A DNA stretch of 63,092 nucleotides, filler included, from Globobulimina sp. (GCA_003354225.1; 43 parts of 43 records of this genome joined end to end with filler, not necessarily neighbours in it), one strand, 5' to 3'; counted from the first letter of the whole stretch, positions 23,642 to 36,753 are shown. Numbers and translations are program-made. Notes: generated from the letters alone by a model not told the origin.

Positions 23642-24895
23642 TTACATTTTCGAGTCAATTACATCATATTTTTCAAGATACTTCTTGAAATTTTGCCATA
23701 TTCCAACATTGATATCTAACTGTTTTAAATTCCCGACAACTAACAATCCATATTTGCTGCGCGTAAAAGCCACGTTAATTCTTTTTTGGTCCCTCATAAA
23801 CCCCGTAGATTTTGCATCCGTTCTGGTCATACTATATATAATTAATTTTTTTTCTTGGCCTTGGAAAGCATCAACAGTCGACACTTTTAATTTAACTGCC
23901 GCAGCCTTTTGAATTTGTTTATACAATTTTCTTTTTATTAATAGTTCTTGAGATTTATGAGGAGTGATAATTCCGATATCACTGAAATCATTAATTAAAT
24001 ATTTTTCATCGCCAGATTTATTCAAACAATTCAATGCAATGTCTCTGGCAATATCAATAACAGCATCACATTCCATCTCATTCGTGTATGACCCATTCGG
24101 AGTGCGTTTTTGTGCGGAATTAATATGTACAAAATTTATTGGTTTTCCGTTCTTCCAATTATAGCCTGGTATTAATTTATTTATCTCATCAAATCTCTGA
24201 TGATGTTTTAATTTCCCATTATAAAAAAATGTATTGCTAAAATTATGTATCAAATCATATCCTCTGTACTGAATATTTAACATTGTAAAATTCCTCAATT
24301 TATCCATCTCATTATTTGCATAATCACCGCCATTTATTATATCTATTAACTTTGTGATTGGTACCCTATATAATAATCGCTCAAATAAAGACAAACCATA
24401 TCCTAATTTTTTACTTTCTTCAGTTTTAATAATCGGGGACAATTGCTTAGGATCACCGATCATAATCATTCGTTTATCCATATCCTTCGATGTCGATATG
24501 CAATTTATCACTGACAACAATTCGGGTTCATGAATCTGTGTGGCTTCATCCACCAAAATGGTGTCAATGGTAACCGTATTCCTTTCTGCTTCAACAAAAT
24601 TCATTAAATATTTATTGCAACTCCCTAAACATGTTCCTATTATAATGGATGCCGCATTCAGTGCTCTTAAACACAGCGAATCTTTTATCTCCATTGCTTT
24701 TTGGCGTACTTCCATTCGAGTGTTTGGATTCTTTTCTTGCCGAGCTTTGTTAAATAACCTTTGCATTTCATCATATTCTTTAAATTGAGTTATTTTATTA
24801 TCCAAACAATAACTTCTTAGACTCCATTTAACTTTGCTCGGAGCACCAATACGAACTATTTTGTCTGCAAAGTGGGCAAATTGTTTAATTAATTC
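23642..24895 (-). CDS. UPF1/DNA2-NAM7-like SF1 helicase, C-terminal half
   Basis: VDEATQ, IGDPKQL, SLFERL, LNIQYR, IGIITP, TVDAFQGQEK, RINVAFTRSK. Confidence 0.92.
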   Translation of the reverse strand, partial: ELIKQFAHFADKIVRIGAPSKVKWSLRSYCLDNKITQFKEYDEMQRLFNKARQEKNPNTRMEVRQKAMEIKDSLCLRALNAASIIIGTCLGSCNKYLMNFVEAERNTVTIDTILVDEATQIHEPELLSVINCISTSKDMDKRMIMIGDPKQLSPIIKTEESKKLGYGLSLFERLLYRVPITKLIDIINGGDYANNEMDKLRNFTMLNIQYRGYDLIHNFSNTFFYNGKLKHHQRFDEINKLIPGYNWKNGKPINFVHINSAQKRTPNGSYTNEMECDAVIDIARDIALNCLNKSGDEKYLINDFSDIGIITPHKSQELLIKRKLYKQIQKAAAVKLKVSTVDAFQGQEKKLIIYSMTRTDAKSTGFMRDQKRINVAFTRSKYGLLVVGNLKQLDINVGIWQNFKKYLEKYDVIDSKM

Positions 24896-24995
24896 NNNNN
24901 NNNNNNNNNNNNNNNNNNNNNNNNNNNNNNNNNNNNNNNTTAATTAATTAANNNNNNNNNNNNNNNNNNNNNNNNNNNNNNNNNNNNNNNNNNNN

Positions 24996-26365
24996 GAAAC
25001 GGTCGTCCCTAAATATCTCATTCGACAGCTATCACTCGGTCCAAATTTGGTTAAATTCATCATACAAATCACAAAATATGGTATATATTCTGTTTGATAT
25101 CGGGTGCCAAGAATTGATGAATAAAACCGTGTCAATCCGGGATTGGCTTTTTTTAAACAACATTTATATATAAACTCCCAATATAAATTATTCCGCGACA
25201 AACACTCCAACATTATACTACTTACAACATTTAGTATTAACGCAGCAATGTCATCTTTCAACGCCACCATTCCCGCCACGCGCATCGACTCAATGAATAC
25301 AATGACAGTGCCACCAGCTACAAATAGTATATCCTGCGACCATACATCTTCGACAGTCAATTCCAACTCGGTCGACCTGTAACGATGTGCACTTTCACCC
25401 GATTTTATTTTGTTTATGATCGTTGTATCCGTATTCTCATGTTTCCCAACATCATTTGGCTTGGTTTCCAATTCCAATCCGTTGCTGATCCGTTTTTGAC
25501 TATATTTTAAGTCATAAGTTGACGGCAACCAAACGTTATTATAATTATCATAATAAACAGGGGTTTGACCGTTGACATCTGTCTTACAGCACCATTGAGG
25601 ACAACAGCCGGAGCAACATTGTCGTATTTTATATGGTAATCGAAACCATAACATACATTTAAATGTTATTTGCTGCAAAATAGTGAGATATAATGGATAG
25701 AAAATACCAAATATATTTGGATGAGAATTGATAAACGTCCATACGTATTCCTTCATGAGTGCCATAATCAACATTGCGAAGAATGCAGCACTGAACAATG
25801 GGAATATAACCCAAAATGCAAAGTAACCGCCCCAATAAAAGAAAATGGTCAATGCCAACACGCCTAATATTGCTGATGCAACGTACGAATATGTGCTCCA
25901 ATCCAATCCATAGAAGCCGTAACAAGTAAATACTGTGAATATAATCAATAGGAATGCAAAGATGAAACGTGTTCTATGTTTATGTGTGACGCCAACAGTG
26001 GGCAATAACACATGTAACAAAGGCACAGATACTAATAATCCATTTTTAAATGCCACCATGAAACCATATGCAAATGACATATATTTAAACTGTCGATTTG
26101 CTCCTTCAATGCGACATGTATTAATTCTGAAGACTAGTTTCCATAAAAACGCTAATGTGAAAAATGAGGCACAGCCAATAATTACACACAAAATGTATCG
26201 AAATACATAGGATACGGCAAATAAATCGCGAAGTTTTGTTACTCTTAAAACATCCATCATGTTGCTTCTATTATGCAATCTTTCCAAAGTATATGGTATT
26301 TGACTCAACTCTTTGCCATTTTTCTTTTTTCTTTTGACATTATTGGCATAATCTAGATCTTTTTC
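24996..26365 (-). CDS. Multi-pass membrane protein of unknown function (partial)
   Basis: Long open frame with many hydrophobic helices. Confidence 0.65.
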
Positions 26366-26601
26366 NNNNNNNNNNNNNNNNNNNNNNNNNNNNNNNNNNN
26401 NNNNNNNNNTTAATTAATTAANNNNNNNNNNNNNNNNNNNNNNNNNNNNNNNNNNNNNNNNNNNNTTGATCTTGCAAAGAAGTAGCAAATGATCAACGTG
26501 AAGATTATTAAAAAATGCTGTGTAGGAATATTAAAAAATGTCAGTATATATGATATCGATGATTGAGAAGAAAGTAAATATATATATACATAAATTATAG
26601 C

Positions 26602-27429
26602 TCATTCACTTCCAGTTACATTTTTAATGCATATCAAACATTGCTCAGCTTCGGAATTCCAACATTTTTTATGAAAACATGTCTTGCATTCATTGCATTG
26701 AACAGTTTTATTATATTGGAATGAGTAAATAATTTCATTTGCATTTTTACAAATTGTACAATGATTTCCTTTTGATTTACATGCATCGCACCCTTTAATA
26801 ATATGTTTTTGTAATCTTTTGGATAACATTTGAAATGTCTCCAATGTATTTGATGATAAAATGCTGACACAATCATTTAATGTCAATGAGCCATCATAAA
26901 ATATCCAATCGTTTTTATATTCATTATAAATACTACATTCATTGCAATTATTCAAATATTGTTTAATGTGTTGTAATTCGAATAATATCTTTTTTAATTT
27001 TATAATTTGTTTATCCAGTTCAACTTTTTTTGTTTTCCCAAACATATCCATCGTAATACACGGCACATTGCACATTTTATTTAAATATTTCTTTGCTGCA
27101 ACACAAACCATAAATGGTTTACAATTTAAATTATTTAATACCTGAAAGGGTATAAATGCTCTCTCTTTTTTATGACATTGGATGCAATGCATCGATCCGG
27201 TATATTCACAAAAATGATATTGCTTTTTGCTCAAAAAATTGGATTTTAATTTGGTTCCACAGGTTGCACACAAATAATTCTGTTGCGATAAAATAGTATT
27301 CACATCGCGTGTTGGTAGTGGTTTGATATTCCATTGTATATGACATCCAGGCGGCGATTCAATGGATTTCACTTCTTCGCGAGAATGTTGTTCCAATGGT
27401 GTATCATTTATTGTTTCTTTTTCTGCCAT
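26602..27429 (-). CDS. Rubicon-homology (RH) zinc domain protein, DEF8/PLEKHM-like
   Basis: QNYLCATC, FCEYTGSMHCIQCH, IP...VC, HIIKGCDACKSKGNHCTIC, CNECKTCFHKKC. Confidence 0.85.
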   Translation of the reverse strand: MAEKETINDTPLEQHSREEVKSIESPPGCHIQWNIKPLPTRDVNTILSQQNYLCATCGTKLKSNFLSKKQYHFCEYTGSMHCIQCHKKERAFIPFQVLNNLNCKPFMVCVAAKKYLNKMCNVPCITMDMFGKTKKVELDKQIIKLKKILFELQHIKQYLNNCNECSIYNEYKNDWIFYDGSLTLNDCVSILSSNTLETFQMLSKRLQKHIIKGCDACKSKGNHCTICKNANEIIYSFQYNKTVQCNECKTCFHKKCWNSEAEQCLICIKNVTGSE

Positions 27430-27949
27430 TTTCACTTTATTTACACGGGGAGATATGTTTATTTTTGCATTTTGCGAACTGATTACTAAGATTAAAAACA
27501 GCTAGCTACATGTCTGATAATGTAGCAGATTGGAGAGCCGCAGGTGTAGCAATTGGAAGTCATCCTGATAAGCATCAAAAATGGTATGTTTAAAATAGCA
27601 TACTTTAGAATACTACCTAGGTCATATTCAGTATTCACCGAAGTGCATTTTATTATTCATTGTTGCTTAATTGCTATTTAATTTGAACAGTTTGGCACGC
27701 ATTAAAATTATATTTAAGCCGTACAATATCTCAATCGATCCATTTGCAGCATTCCATATTAAATAATTCTATTCTATAATCTATACCGACAGCGAGTTAT
27801 TCGGCGCGGATATTGTGTCCATAGTCACGAATTTTNNNNNNNNNNNNNNNNNNNNNNNNNNNNNNNNNNNNNNNNNNNNTTAATTAATTAANNNNNNNNN
27901 NNNNNNNNNNNNNNNNNNNNNNNNNNNNNNNNNNNTTCATCTTTTTTCT

Positions 27950-28534
27950 TTATTTGTTATTCAAACTGAATTTCACGCCTATTGTAGGCCCAATTCCTTC
28001 AAATAAGATATTTGCATTTTGAGTATTAGTAATATTATCTACAATTATGTATGGTATTGCAAGTTCCATTTCAAATAAATCAGAAAACCGGTAATCTACC
28101 CCAATGCCTGCATTATATATCACAATTCCTGAGTTTAACCAATCTACATCAGGTGATATATGATCATCATCCATTGGTTTATAAAGGGTAGCACCGAAAC
28201 CAGCACCTACCTGCCCAAAAATATTCCACTTATTATTATTTAGTGAATAATTATATCTGATTGATGGTATAAATCCAAAAGTAGTTGACCTGGACTGTAC
28301 TTCATCTATAACATGTCCTGATTGTGTGTGATAAAAGAAATCATTTTGAATAGAAAAATGTGTTGTCATAAAATACTCAAAACCAGGCTTAACAACAAAA
28401 CCATAATCTCCATAATCCCAATGAATAACAGGTATTCCGGAGAGTGATATTTTTATTTGACCTTTTTGTGCTCTCTGGGCATAAATAGCAATAGAAAAAC
28501 AAATAATAACTACTATCAGATATACCTTTCTCAT
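27950..28534 (-). CDS. Bacterial outer-membrane beta-barrel protein (Bacteroidota-like)
   Basis: Signal peptide; amphipathic strands FIPSIRYNY, FGQVGAGFG, GIGVDYRF, IGVKF. Confidence 0.75.
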   Translation of the reverse strand: MRKVYLIVVIICFSIAIYAQRAQKGQIKISLSGIPVIHWDYGDYGFVVKPGFEYFMTTHFSIQNDFFYHTQSGHVIDEVQSRSTTFGFIPSIRYNYSLNNNKWNIFGQVGAGFGATLYKPMDDDHISPDVDWLNSGIVIYNAGIGVDYRFSDLFEMELAIPYIIVDNITNTQNANILFEGIGPTIGVKFSLNNK

Positions 28535-28853
28535 TTAGTTACTGGTTTAATGCATTGCTCACAAATTATCAACTCAAAGGATAAGAAAAGGAGCATGAAT
28601 ATCAATTTTTATTTTGGCCTCAAAGTTATTAACATAATCTCAAGAAAAAGAGAAAAAGATGCTAAAAAATAAATTGACTCGCTACTTTTCTCTTTTTCAA
28701 TTAATTGCTATATGAATTCTTTCGCGCTTACTAATCAATTCAATTGAGGACTAATATTATGTTAATTTAATATTGTCAATTAGACTGTTGTGAAAAAACG
28801 AGATAAGTTTACCTTTACCGATTCGAAAATCGGATAACATTATTAACACAAAT

Positions 28854-29305
28854 ATGAAGGGGATAAAATTTCGCATTACAGTCATGAATTTTCTGCAGTT
28901 TTTTATTTGGGGAGCATGGCTAATTACCATTGGCGGATATTGGTTTCAGAATAGACAGTGGACAGGAACAGAGTTTGGTGTAATATTTTCTACAATGGGC
29001 ATTGCGGCACTTTTTATGCCGGCAATTACAGGGATTATCGCTGACCGATGGGTAAATGCGGAAAAGCTACTTGGTATATTCCATATTTGTGGGGCAATAG
29101 TGCTATTTATGTTACCAGAAGTAAATAATCCTACCACCTTTTTCTGGGTGATGTTGCTCAATATGATTTTTTATATGCCTACGATATCGCTGGCAATAAC
29201 TGTGGCATATTCTGCATTAAACGGGGCGAATTTAGATGTAATAAAACATTACCCTCCAATCCGTGTATTTGGTACAATTGGATTTATTGTTGCCATGTGG
29301 ACAGT
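28854..29305 (+). CDS. nupG: Nucleoside:H+ symporter (NupG/XapB MFS), N-terminal fragment
   Basis: MNFLQFFIWGAW, GIIADRW, YMPT, PPIRVFGTIGFI. Confidence 0.9.
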
Positions 29306-29405
29306 NNNNNNNNNNNNNNNNNNNNNNNNNNNNNNNNNNNNNNNNNNNNTTAATTAATTAANNNNNNNNNNNNNNNNNNNNNNNNNNNNNNNNNNNNNNN
29401 NNNNN

Positions 29406-30775
29406 ATTGAATCTAAGCTGCAACCTGTTTTAGAATCAACGGTAACACATTGGGTGCTTGATATTGATTATAAAACAAAAGAAGAAGGGAATGGAACCAG
29501 AGTTCCAATGCAAATTACATATTCTAAAACTAATGATAATAAATTCAGCGATATGGTTTTTAAGGTAGTACAGGAAATAAATGAGTACTGTATCTTATAT
29601 TTGTATACAATATAATTTATGTTTGTTGTGTGCGTAAATTATGCAAAATTACCTTAAGATTGATAAAGAACGAAGTAAACATAAACTATCTCCATATTGG
29701 ATAGGGAAGCAAAACAAAGCATTCCTTAAACGTTTATGTATTGGGATGTTTCGAGTTGAAGCGTCAAGTTTTGTTTTGCTATGTACAGTCATTTAAATCC
29801 ACAAATACATTGATATACAATAAAATAATAGTTTTTAATAATAAATCAAGAGATGAATATGTACTCATTGCATTCAAATACTTTGGGTTTGTTATAGATC
29901 CACGAAAAACCACAAAATTAAAATTTGATATTGTAGATTTGCAAGAATTTGAAAATGAATTAAATAAAATTAAACGTATCGATGCAGAATTTTATTATTT
30001 TATTGTTTCGCAGGAAAAGTATATTTCAGATCGGAACTTAATGAATGCATTGGATGCTTTATTGGATGAAACTCATTTTATTGAAGTTACATGTAATGTT
30101 TGGAGATTATTTCTGACATTTTTGCATAAAAAACCATCTGCTGCAGGAATAGAAGAACAATATCATCATTTATTTCTGCAACCGATGAAATATACTGAAA
30201 TATGTGAGTTAAAACTCATTTGTGATGGAATCGGATTGGATAAATACCATATCAATTTTTGTTGGTTCAAATCTATGTTCATTCGAAATATGAAATTTTT
30301 ACTTTTATCCAAATTACATGGAATAGTGTACAAATTTATTAAAGGTGATTTGAGTTCGAAAGTGCAACCAAATAAATTGACTAAATATCAAATATGGTGT
30401 ATTGGAGGATATTCTCTTTGTGTTGTGCTCCATGAAGCATATGGAAGCAATATGAAGTCAGAAAAAAAGGGAAATTATATTCGACTCACAAAGGAGTGTA
30501 TTATCCGTCCAAATGACACTGCAAAATATAAACAAGTGCCTCAAATATTAAAATATCGCAACTGTGGACATATGTATATAATGACTCCAATGTTATATCC
30601 TGTCACAGAGATATTAACAAATGGGTATTGGGGTAAAATAATGGCAGTATATATTGTTGATAAATCCGAGCCGGATTTTCAAGATATTATTCAAAGATAT
30701 CAAAATAATAAATCTTTGCTCAAACAGTTTAAAAATGTATTCTCGAAAAATGATTTATTGGTGAATATGGATACA
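29406..30775 (+). CDS. Hypothetical protein (probable intron and frameshift near 29585-29745)
   Basis: Long open frame 29741-30775 with upstream open segments; no firm family. Confidence 0.45.
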
Positions 30776-30875
30776 NNNNNNNNNNNNNNNNNNNNNNNNN
30801 NNNNNNNNNNNNNNNNNNNTTAATTAATTAANNNNNNNNNNNNNNNNNNNNNNNNNNNNNNNNNNNNNNNNNNNN

Positions 30876-31655
30876 TTCTGGTTCAGCTGGTTCTTTGTAG
30901 GTATTATCATCGATGTTATTGTCGTCGTCGATGTTATTATCACTTTCTGACGATATTTTAGGTGGTTTTTCAGGTGCGATATCCATTAAAATTATTTCCG
31001 GTTTTTTCCTTTTACGAGATAAGTTTTTTCGGGTTGAAATTACTTTAATTTTATCATCGTTTAATGCATATTCTTTGTCTTTTGCGCCTGGCATAAATGC
31101 ATTCAATTCATTTGTGGATAAATTACCAAATTCAAATGGTTTATCGGTTGCGGGTTGTATTTCGTTTTCGTTTTCGTGGTTTATAGTATCGGTGTTATAG
31201 CTTTTTAAAGCATCAGTTTTCAAACGCATAATCTGCGAAGGAGTGGATTTGATAATGTATAGCTCAGAATCATCGATATCGATTCCGGCTTTTTTAGTTA
31301 AATATAATCGTTTTAAGCGCTCTTTTTTTGTTTCTTTATGTTTTGGAGCAACCATTAATGCCAATTCTTTATTTGTTAATTGATGTTTTTCTAAATCAGA
31401 TAAGGCGGTTTTTAATGCTTTTTCTTTTGCCTTTTTTTCTCGCAATTTTTTTAATTTCATTAATTGTTTTTTTGATGGTAGTTTGGGTTTTAATTGTTCA
31501 GCTAATTTACGTGCTAATTTTTTCGCTTTTTGTTGTTCCGGATCTATCATAAATACACTGCTGTTATAATTCATGTGTCCTCCATTATCACGTATTAATT
31601 TCTTGTTTTTTTTGAATGAATTCCAAATTGCTGTTCTATTCTGTTTACGTCCCAT
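30876..31655 (-). CDS. DHX37: DEAH helicase DHX37/Dhr1, N-terminal fragment
   Basis: SKKQLMKLKKLREKKAK...LSDLEKHQL...ETKKERLKR...AGI matches my recollection of the Dhr1/DHX37 N-terminus; helicase core not present. Confidence 0.65.
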
Positions 31656-31716
31656 GCTTTAGACTTTAAATTATCATTAAAATTCAAGCTGAAAACTGTT
31701 TGAAGCAAAGTTTAGA

Positions 31717-32245
31717 ATGGAAGACTTTGTAGAATATCAAATTTACAATGCTGAATTGTTGAATGTATCACACAATTGTCAACAGGATAAAGCAAACTTC
31801 ATTGCATTTGGGCAATCATTGATTAATTCCATTACTAAACTGACAAGTAATTATTTATGGAGAAAGGATTCTTTTTATATCGAACCAAAATTCATAAATG
31901 ACAGTATAAACGGAGCAAGATCAAATGTGAGTTATTTTGAAGGTGTTGTTTATTACGGCGGAGATATAAATGATGAATGGTTTATTGTTTATTTATTATA
32001 CAAATTATCAGAAATAAATAAAAACATTTTAATTGAAATCCGTGATAACGATGGACAGTTCTTATTAATTCACAGCGCGTACAATTTACCAAAATGGATT
32101 AAGCCACAAAATGTTGAGAATCGAGTTTTCATTCATGAGAAGAAACTGCATTTAATACCATTAATATACAATAATCTCAATAATAATAAACAAAAAGCAA
32201 TCAATTTAATACTACATGATAAAATGGATACTTTCGCAAATGATA
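31717..32245 (+). CDS. ECD: Ecdysoneless (ECD/SGT1 family), N-terminal fragment
   Basis: YLWRKDSF, GDINDEWFIVYLL, DNDGQFLLI, LPKWIKP, NRVFI...LHLIP. Confidence 0.9.
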
Positions 32246-32345
32246 NNNNNNNNNNNNNNNNNNNNNNNNNNNNNNNNNNNNNNNNNNNNTTAATTAATTA
32301 ANNNNNNNNNNNNNNNNNNNNNNNNNNNNNNNNNNNNNNNNNNNN

Positions 32346-33715
32346 TACAAAGTTGAGAAACAAATCAATGAATAGTTGTCGTATTGTCGCAAAACGAAAA
32401 AAATGGAAGCACAGTGTATATCGAAACAAAGAAAGGCGTACAAGGCCAAAATATTACAAACAAAAAACAAATAAAAAATCAAATAAGAAGAAAAAACAAA
32501 ATTATATTGAATATCTTTTGAACATGCAAGCGACGTCAAAGCCGGATAAACCATCAACTAAAATGCCCGATTGTGAAACAAAAATAACAATATTGTCAAA
32601 CACAAAAGCATGGAAAGGTAAATCAATGTTGATTGATATTAATCCATTAACAACAATTAGTGAACTATTGCAGTCAATATGTACCAAACAAAACTGCAGA
32701 TTGCATCATTTCAATTTGTTTCGAGTCACATTCGACAAAACATCAAACAATTTCATCGCACATAATCTGCTTTTTATAAATGGAAATGATAAGTTGACAG
32801 ATCATGGCATAATATATCAAACACCTTTGCATTTTAAATGGAGAAATCTAAAGTTATTTGTAAAAACATTAAACAAACAACTTACTGAAATAACAGACAT
32901 TACATACGATAATAAACCGAGCGATATTATGAAGAAATATGTGAAATCACCATGGCCAATAATAAATTGTCATTTATTGTTCCAAAATAAAGAATTATGC
33001 ATTCAGAACCTATCCTGTATACAGATAGAATGTGATAAATTGTATGAAATGGATATTGCACAAAATTCTATTTTTAATGTAGAATGTTATGTGATGTTAA
33101 ATGTTCCGACTGTTGGCAATATCAAAATTATCGTTGATGCTGCATCCACTGTTTATGATTTAAAGCAAGAGATCTTTCATAAATGTAATATTCCTGTGCA
33201 CCAATTCGACATTTTCGTATGGCTTTTTCATGAGACATTATTAAAGAGTGAGTTGCTTGTATGGGATATTGGTCATATTGCAAAAAGTGTATGGTATCAG
33301 TTGCTTTTTAAATGGAATAACACAAATATTCACATAGGTTGCACTAAATTGGAGTCCATTGGCTATAATGATACGATTAGATGTATTAAAGAGACATATA
33401 ATCGAATTCTAAATATATCAGATACATCATATCGACTATATTTTGGCGATCAACAATTATTGAATGATGATAAAACATTGCATGATTATAAAATACCTGC
33501 AAATGCAAAATTAATATTATCCTTTGTCACAACTGTTATGATTCCAAACCAAACACCAATTTTGCTTTCTATTTCACCGGTTCATACCATCAAAGATTTA
33601 AGACTTAAAGTTTGTGATCAAACAGATATTAAAATGAATGATTTTAGATTATATAAAGTGCCACATATTAACAATCAATATTTGTCAGACGGTATGACTT
33701 TGAATGAATATGAGA
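32346..33715 (+). CDS. Protein with several divergent tandem ubiquitin-like domains
   Basis: TVYDLKQEIF, YRLYFGDQQLLNDDKTLHDYKI, TIKDLRLKV...LSDGMTLNEY. Confidence 0.75.
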
Positions 33716-33815
33716 NNNNNNNNNNNNNNNNNNNNNNNNNNNNNNNNNNNNNNNNNNNNTTAATTAATTAANNNNNNNNNNNNNNNNNNNNNNNNNNNNN
33801 NNNNNNNNNNNNNNN

Positions 33816-35184
33816 TATAAAATGAATTTTGATTCGATAGAAACTAAGAATATGACTGAAAATAAAAAGAAAATAATATTAAATAATTACTATAATCGAT
33901 ATACTTTTTTATTGAACAAATCCCTGATTAAAAATAATTGCCTTGAAACAAAACGGATGCATAACAACAATAAAACAAATGACAAACATATTGACAGCAC
34001 ATTATTAAATCTATTAAACTTATATGAAAATGCAATTAATAAAAATAATGCAAACCCAAATATAATCAAATCAATTGAATTAAAAATAAAAAAACAATCA
34101 AATAAACTGCTATTACATAAACAAAATAAATTTATAAATACTGCACATCATTATAATAACAATGGGCTCGAAAAGAAATTATTTAATCATCTTAACGCAA
34201 ATAACAGTATGAATGACATAATTGAACACAAAAATAAATTACTTTTATCTGATGTTGATATAATGGAAGGAGCCATGGAATACAGAATCAAATTATACGG
34301 TAAAAGACATAAATTGCATAATATTCCCAATGTGGAACATAAAATTGATAAAATCATTGCCCATTCATATCAACACGACCATAATAGCAGAAACATAAAT
34401 TTCTCCTCAAATGAACTTGAAAAAGCACTCAAACACTTTAAACAGGGTAAAGCTGTCGGATTTGATGGATTTGGATATAAACTAATCAAATCTATAAATA
34501 ATAACAAGTATATACATGATTTTATATTGGATCTAATAAATAAAATTTATAACTTATCTATATATCCAGATCAATTACACATAAATAAACTAACAATGAT
34601 TAAAAAAAGATCATACGTGAATAATTTCGGCGATTTCAGGGGATTAACGATAGCAAATAACTTCAAAAATATCATAAACATAATGAGATTCAACAGATAC
34701 AAACACATATTATTACAAAATACACATAGCAATCACGCAGCACATAAACCAGGAATAGGTTGTGAATTAACGATGATGTCTATAGCTAATATCATAAATA
34801 AACTACGTAAACAAAATGAAAAGGTATACCTTGCATTGACTGATTTGGACAAAGCATATGACAAAGTAAGCAGATCCGGGATAATTATTCAATTAAATAA
34901 CATAAATATCAGTGGGAAAAATATACGATTACTAATCAACGAACTAAATAACAGTAAATGTACAATAAATTACAATGGAATACATTCGCTTGAAATCAAC
35001 ATAAATGACGGTACACCGCAAGGGCACGTAGAGAGCGGTGCGATTTATAATATCTATACAAATTCGGCATTGATAGAATGTTTAAAAGCAGTTAATACGC
35101 ATTGTTATAACACAAATGTATCGGCGTGGTATTACGCCGATGATGGCTTGAAAATAGCATTGGACACAAATCATATACAACAAT
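33816..35184 (+). mobile_element. Non-LTR retrotransposon reverse transcriptase fragment
   Basis: KAVGFDG, FRGLTI, DLDKAYDKV, GTPQG, YYADD. Confidence 0.92.
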
Positions 35185-35825
35185 NNNNNNNNNNNNNNNN
35201 NNNNNNNNNNNNNNNNNNNNNNNNNNNNTTAATTAATTAANNNNNNNNNNNNNNNNNNNNNNNNNNNNNNNNNNNNNNNNNNNNCATTGTGCAAAATGTA
35301 TATCTGCCAAGAATCACACCGCAGCATAAACATATCATCCATGAAAGCTTGGATATTGCGTTCGAAGCCAATTATAATTACCAGACACCCAAAATACTGT
35401 CACTAAAACATTTTGATTATAAGAGATTTCTGATGTATAATATTCAGTATATTTTGGCCAAAATAATCAATTCACCAAAATAACGGTAATTACCACATGA
35501 AAAGCCAGTAAAAATTTTGTGATACGACTGGAACAATGGCAACTATTTCCCTGTTCATGTTGGTGTTGATTGTAGCACTAGCACTTGCAGCTGATTTTGT
35601 TGATATTGACCCCAGTAATCATAACTGTTATTGTCACTATTATAGGTTATAAGGTACATATTAATGGCCAATAAAGTGAATAGACGGCGTCTCAATACAC
35701 AGGGAGAAAATATACAATTGTATTCTCGGTGACTGGGTGTTAATTAACGGTAATACCAATACCATCCTCATTGTCAGCCATTTCATTTTCTAATTTTTTA
35801 TATTGTCTCATGATTTTCTAATTTC

Positions 35826-35889
35826 ATGAATCACTGCGAATTAAAAGCTTCTCAGTGACAACACGAGAATGTGTAAGATGTAACAAAAA
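35826..35889. mobile_element. Truncated second copy of the MITE at 36541-36652
   Basis: ATGAATCACTGCGAATTAAAAGCTT...CAACACGAGAATGTGTAAGATGTAA matches the reverse complement of the MITE's right half. Confidence 0.7.
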
Positions 35890-36011
35890 CGTTTGATTAA
35901 TTCAACTACTGATAGTTATTTAATTTGCATTATTGTGAATATCACAAATACAACAGGTTCTTTCATGAAAAAAAAAATACGCAATATTTTATTATTATTA
36001 TACATATAAAG

Positions 36012-36493
36012 TTAAAATAATTTCCAATATGACTCGGGAGGTTTTGATCTTTTGAATTTACCATAATATTTACAAAATGGATAACAAAATAAGCATAACA
36101 AAAGCCATAATGGAACAATTAAACCGGCAGCATACCACGATCCACCTTCATATGAATCAATATTCTCAATAATTCCGTGCAAAAAACCATATATAAGAAT
36201 CACTTTATGCAGCACATAAAAAAAAAAAGATGTATCACGAAAAACCATAATTCTTTTTGTAAAGTTCGTAATTCCAAATTTTTGTTGAAATCTATATATA
36301 CCATATGCCCAAAACAAATTCATTGATATACCATACATTTGAAATGTTAATGATGCCGGATATTTGACCATATTTACAAATTCTAATACTGTCCATTGAG
36401 TTTGCGCATTCTTACCATGCCACGGAGGCCCAAAATTGCCAAAATGAGCATTGGTACTTCTAATTATTAAAAATGCAACGAATAATATGACCC
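36012..36493 (-). CDS. DUF1624 / HGSNAT-like membrane acyltransferase, last exon
   Basis: AFLIIRSTN...FGN..PPW...TVLEFVNMVKYPASL, FFFYVLH, YPFCKYYGKFK; AG acceptor at 36494-36495. Confidence 0.75.
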
Positions 36494-36540
36494 CTATGTA
36501 TGTGTAATATAATAAATAATTATATCAAATCAAATGATCC

Positions 36541-36652
36541 ATATGAATCACTGCGAATTAAAAGCTTAGAACCCGGCAAAACTTTTTTTGTTTACATCTT
36601 ACGCATTCTCGTGTTGCCAGGTTCTAAGCTTTTAATTCGCAGTGATTCATAT
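36541..36652. mobile_element. 112-bp MITE-like element with 39-bp inverted repeats
   Basis: 36541-36579 is the reverse complement of 36614-36652 with one mismatch; a second copy lies in the same contig. Confidence 0.75.
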
Positions 36653-36753
36653 TNNNNNNNNNNNNNNNNNNNNNNNNNNNNNNNNNNNNNNNNNNNNTTA
36701 ATTAATTAANNNNNNNNNNNNNNNNNNNNNNNNNNNNNNNNNNNNNNNNNNNN

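Noticed and set aside
29741-30775. Possible transposase-derived protein (IGGY...RNCGH)
   Set aside because: Resemblance too weak; no DDE triad identifiable.
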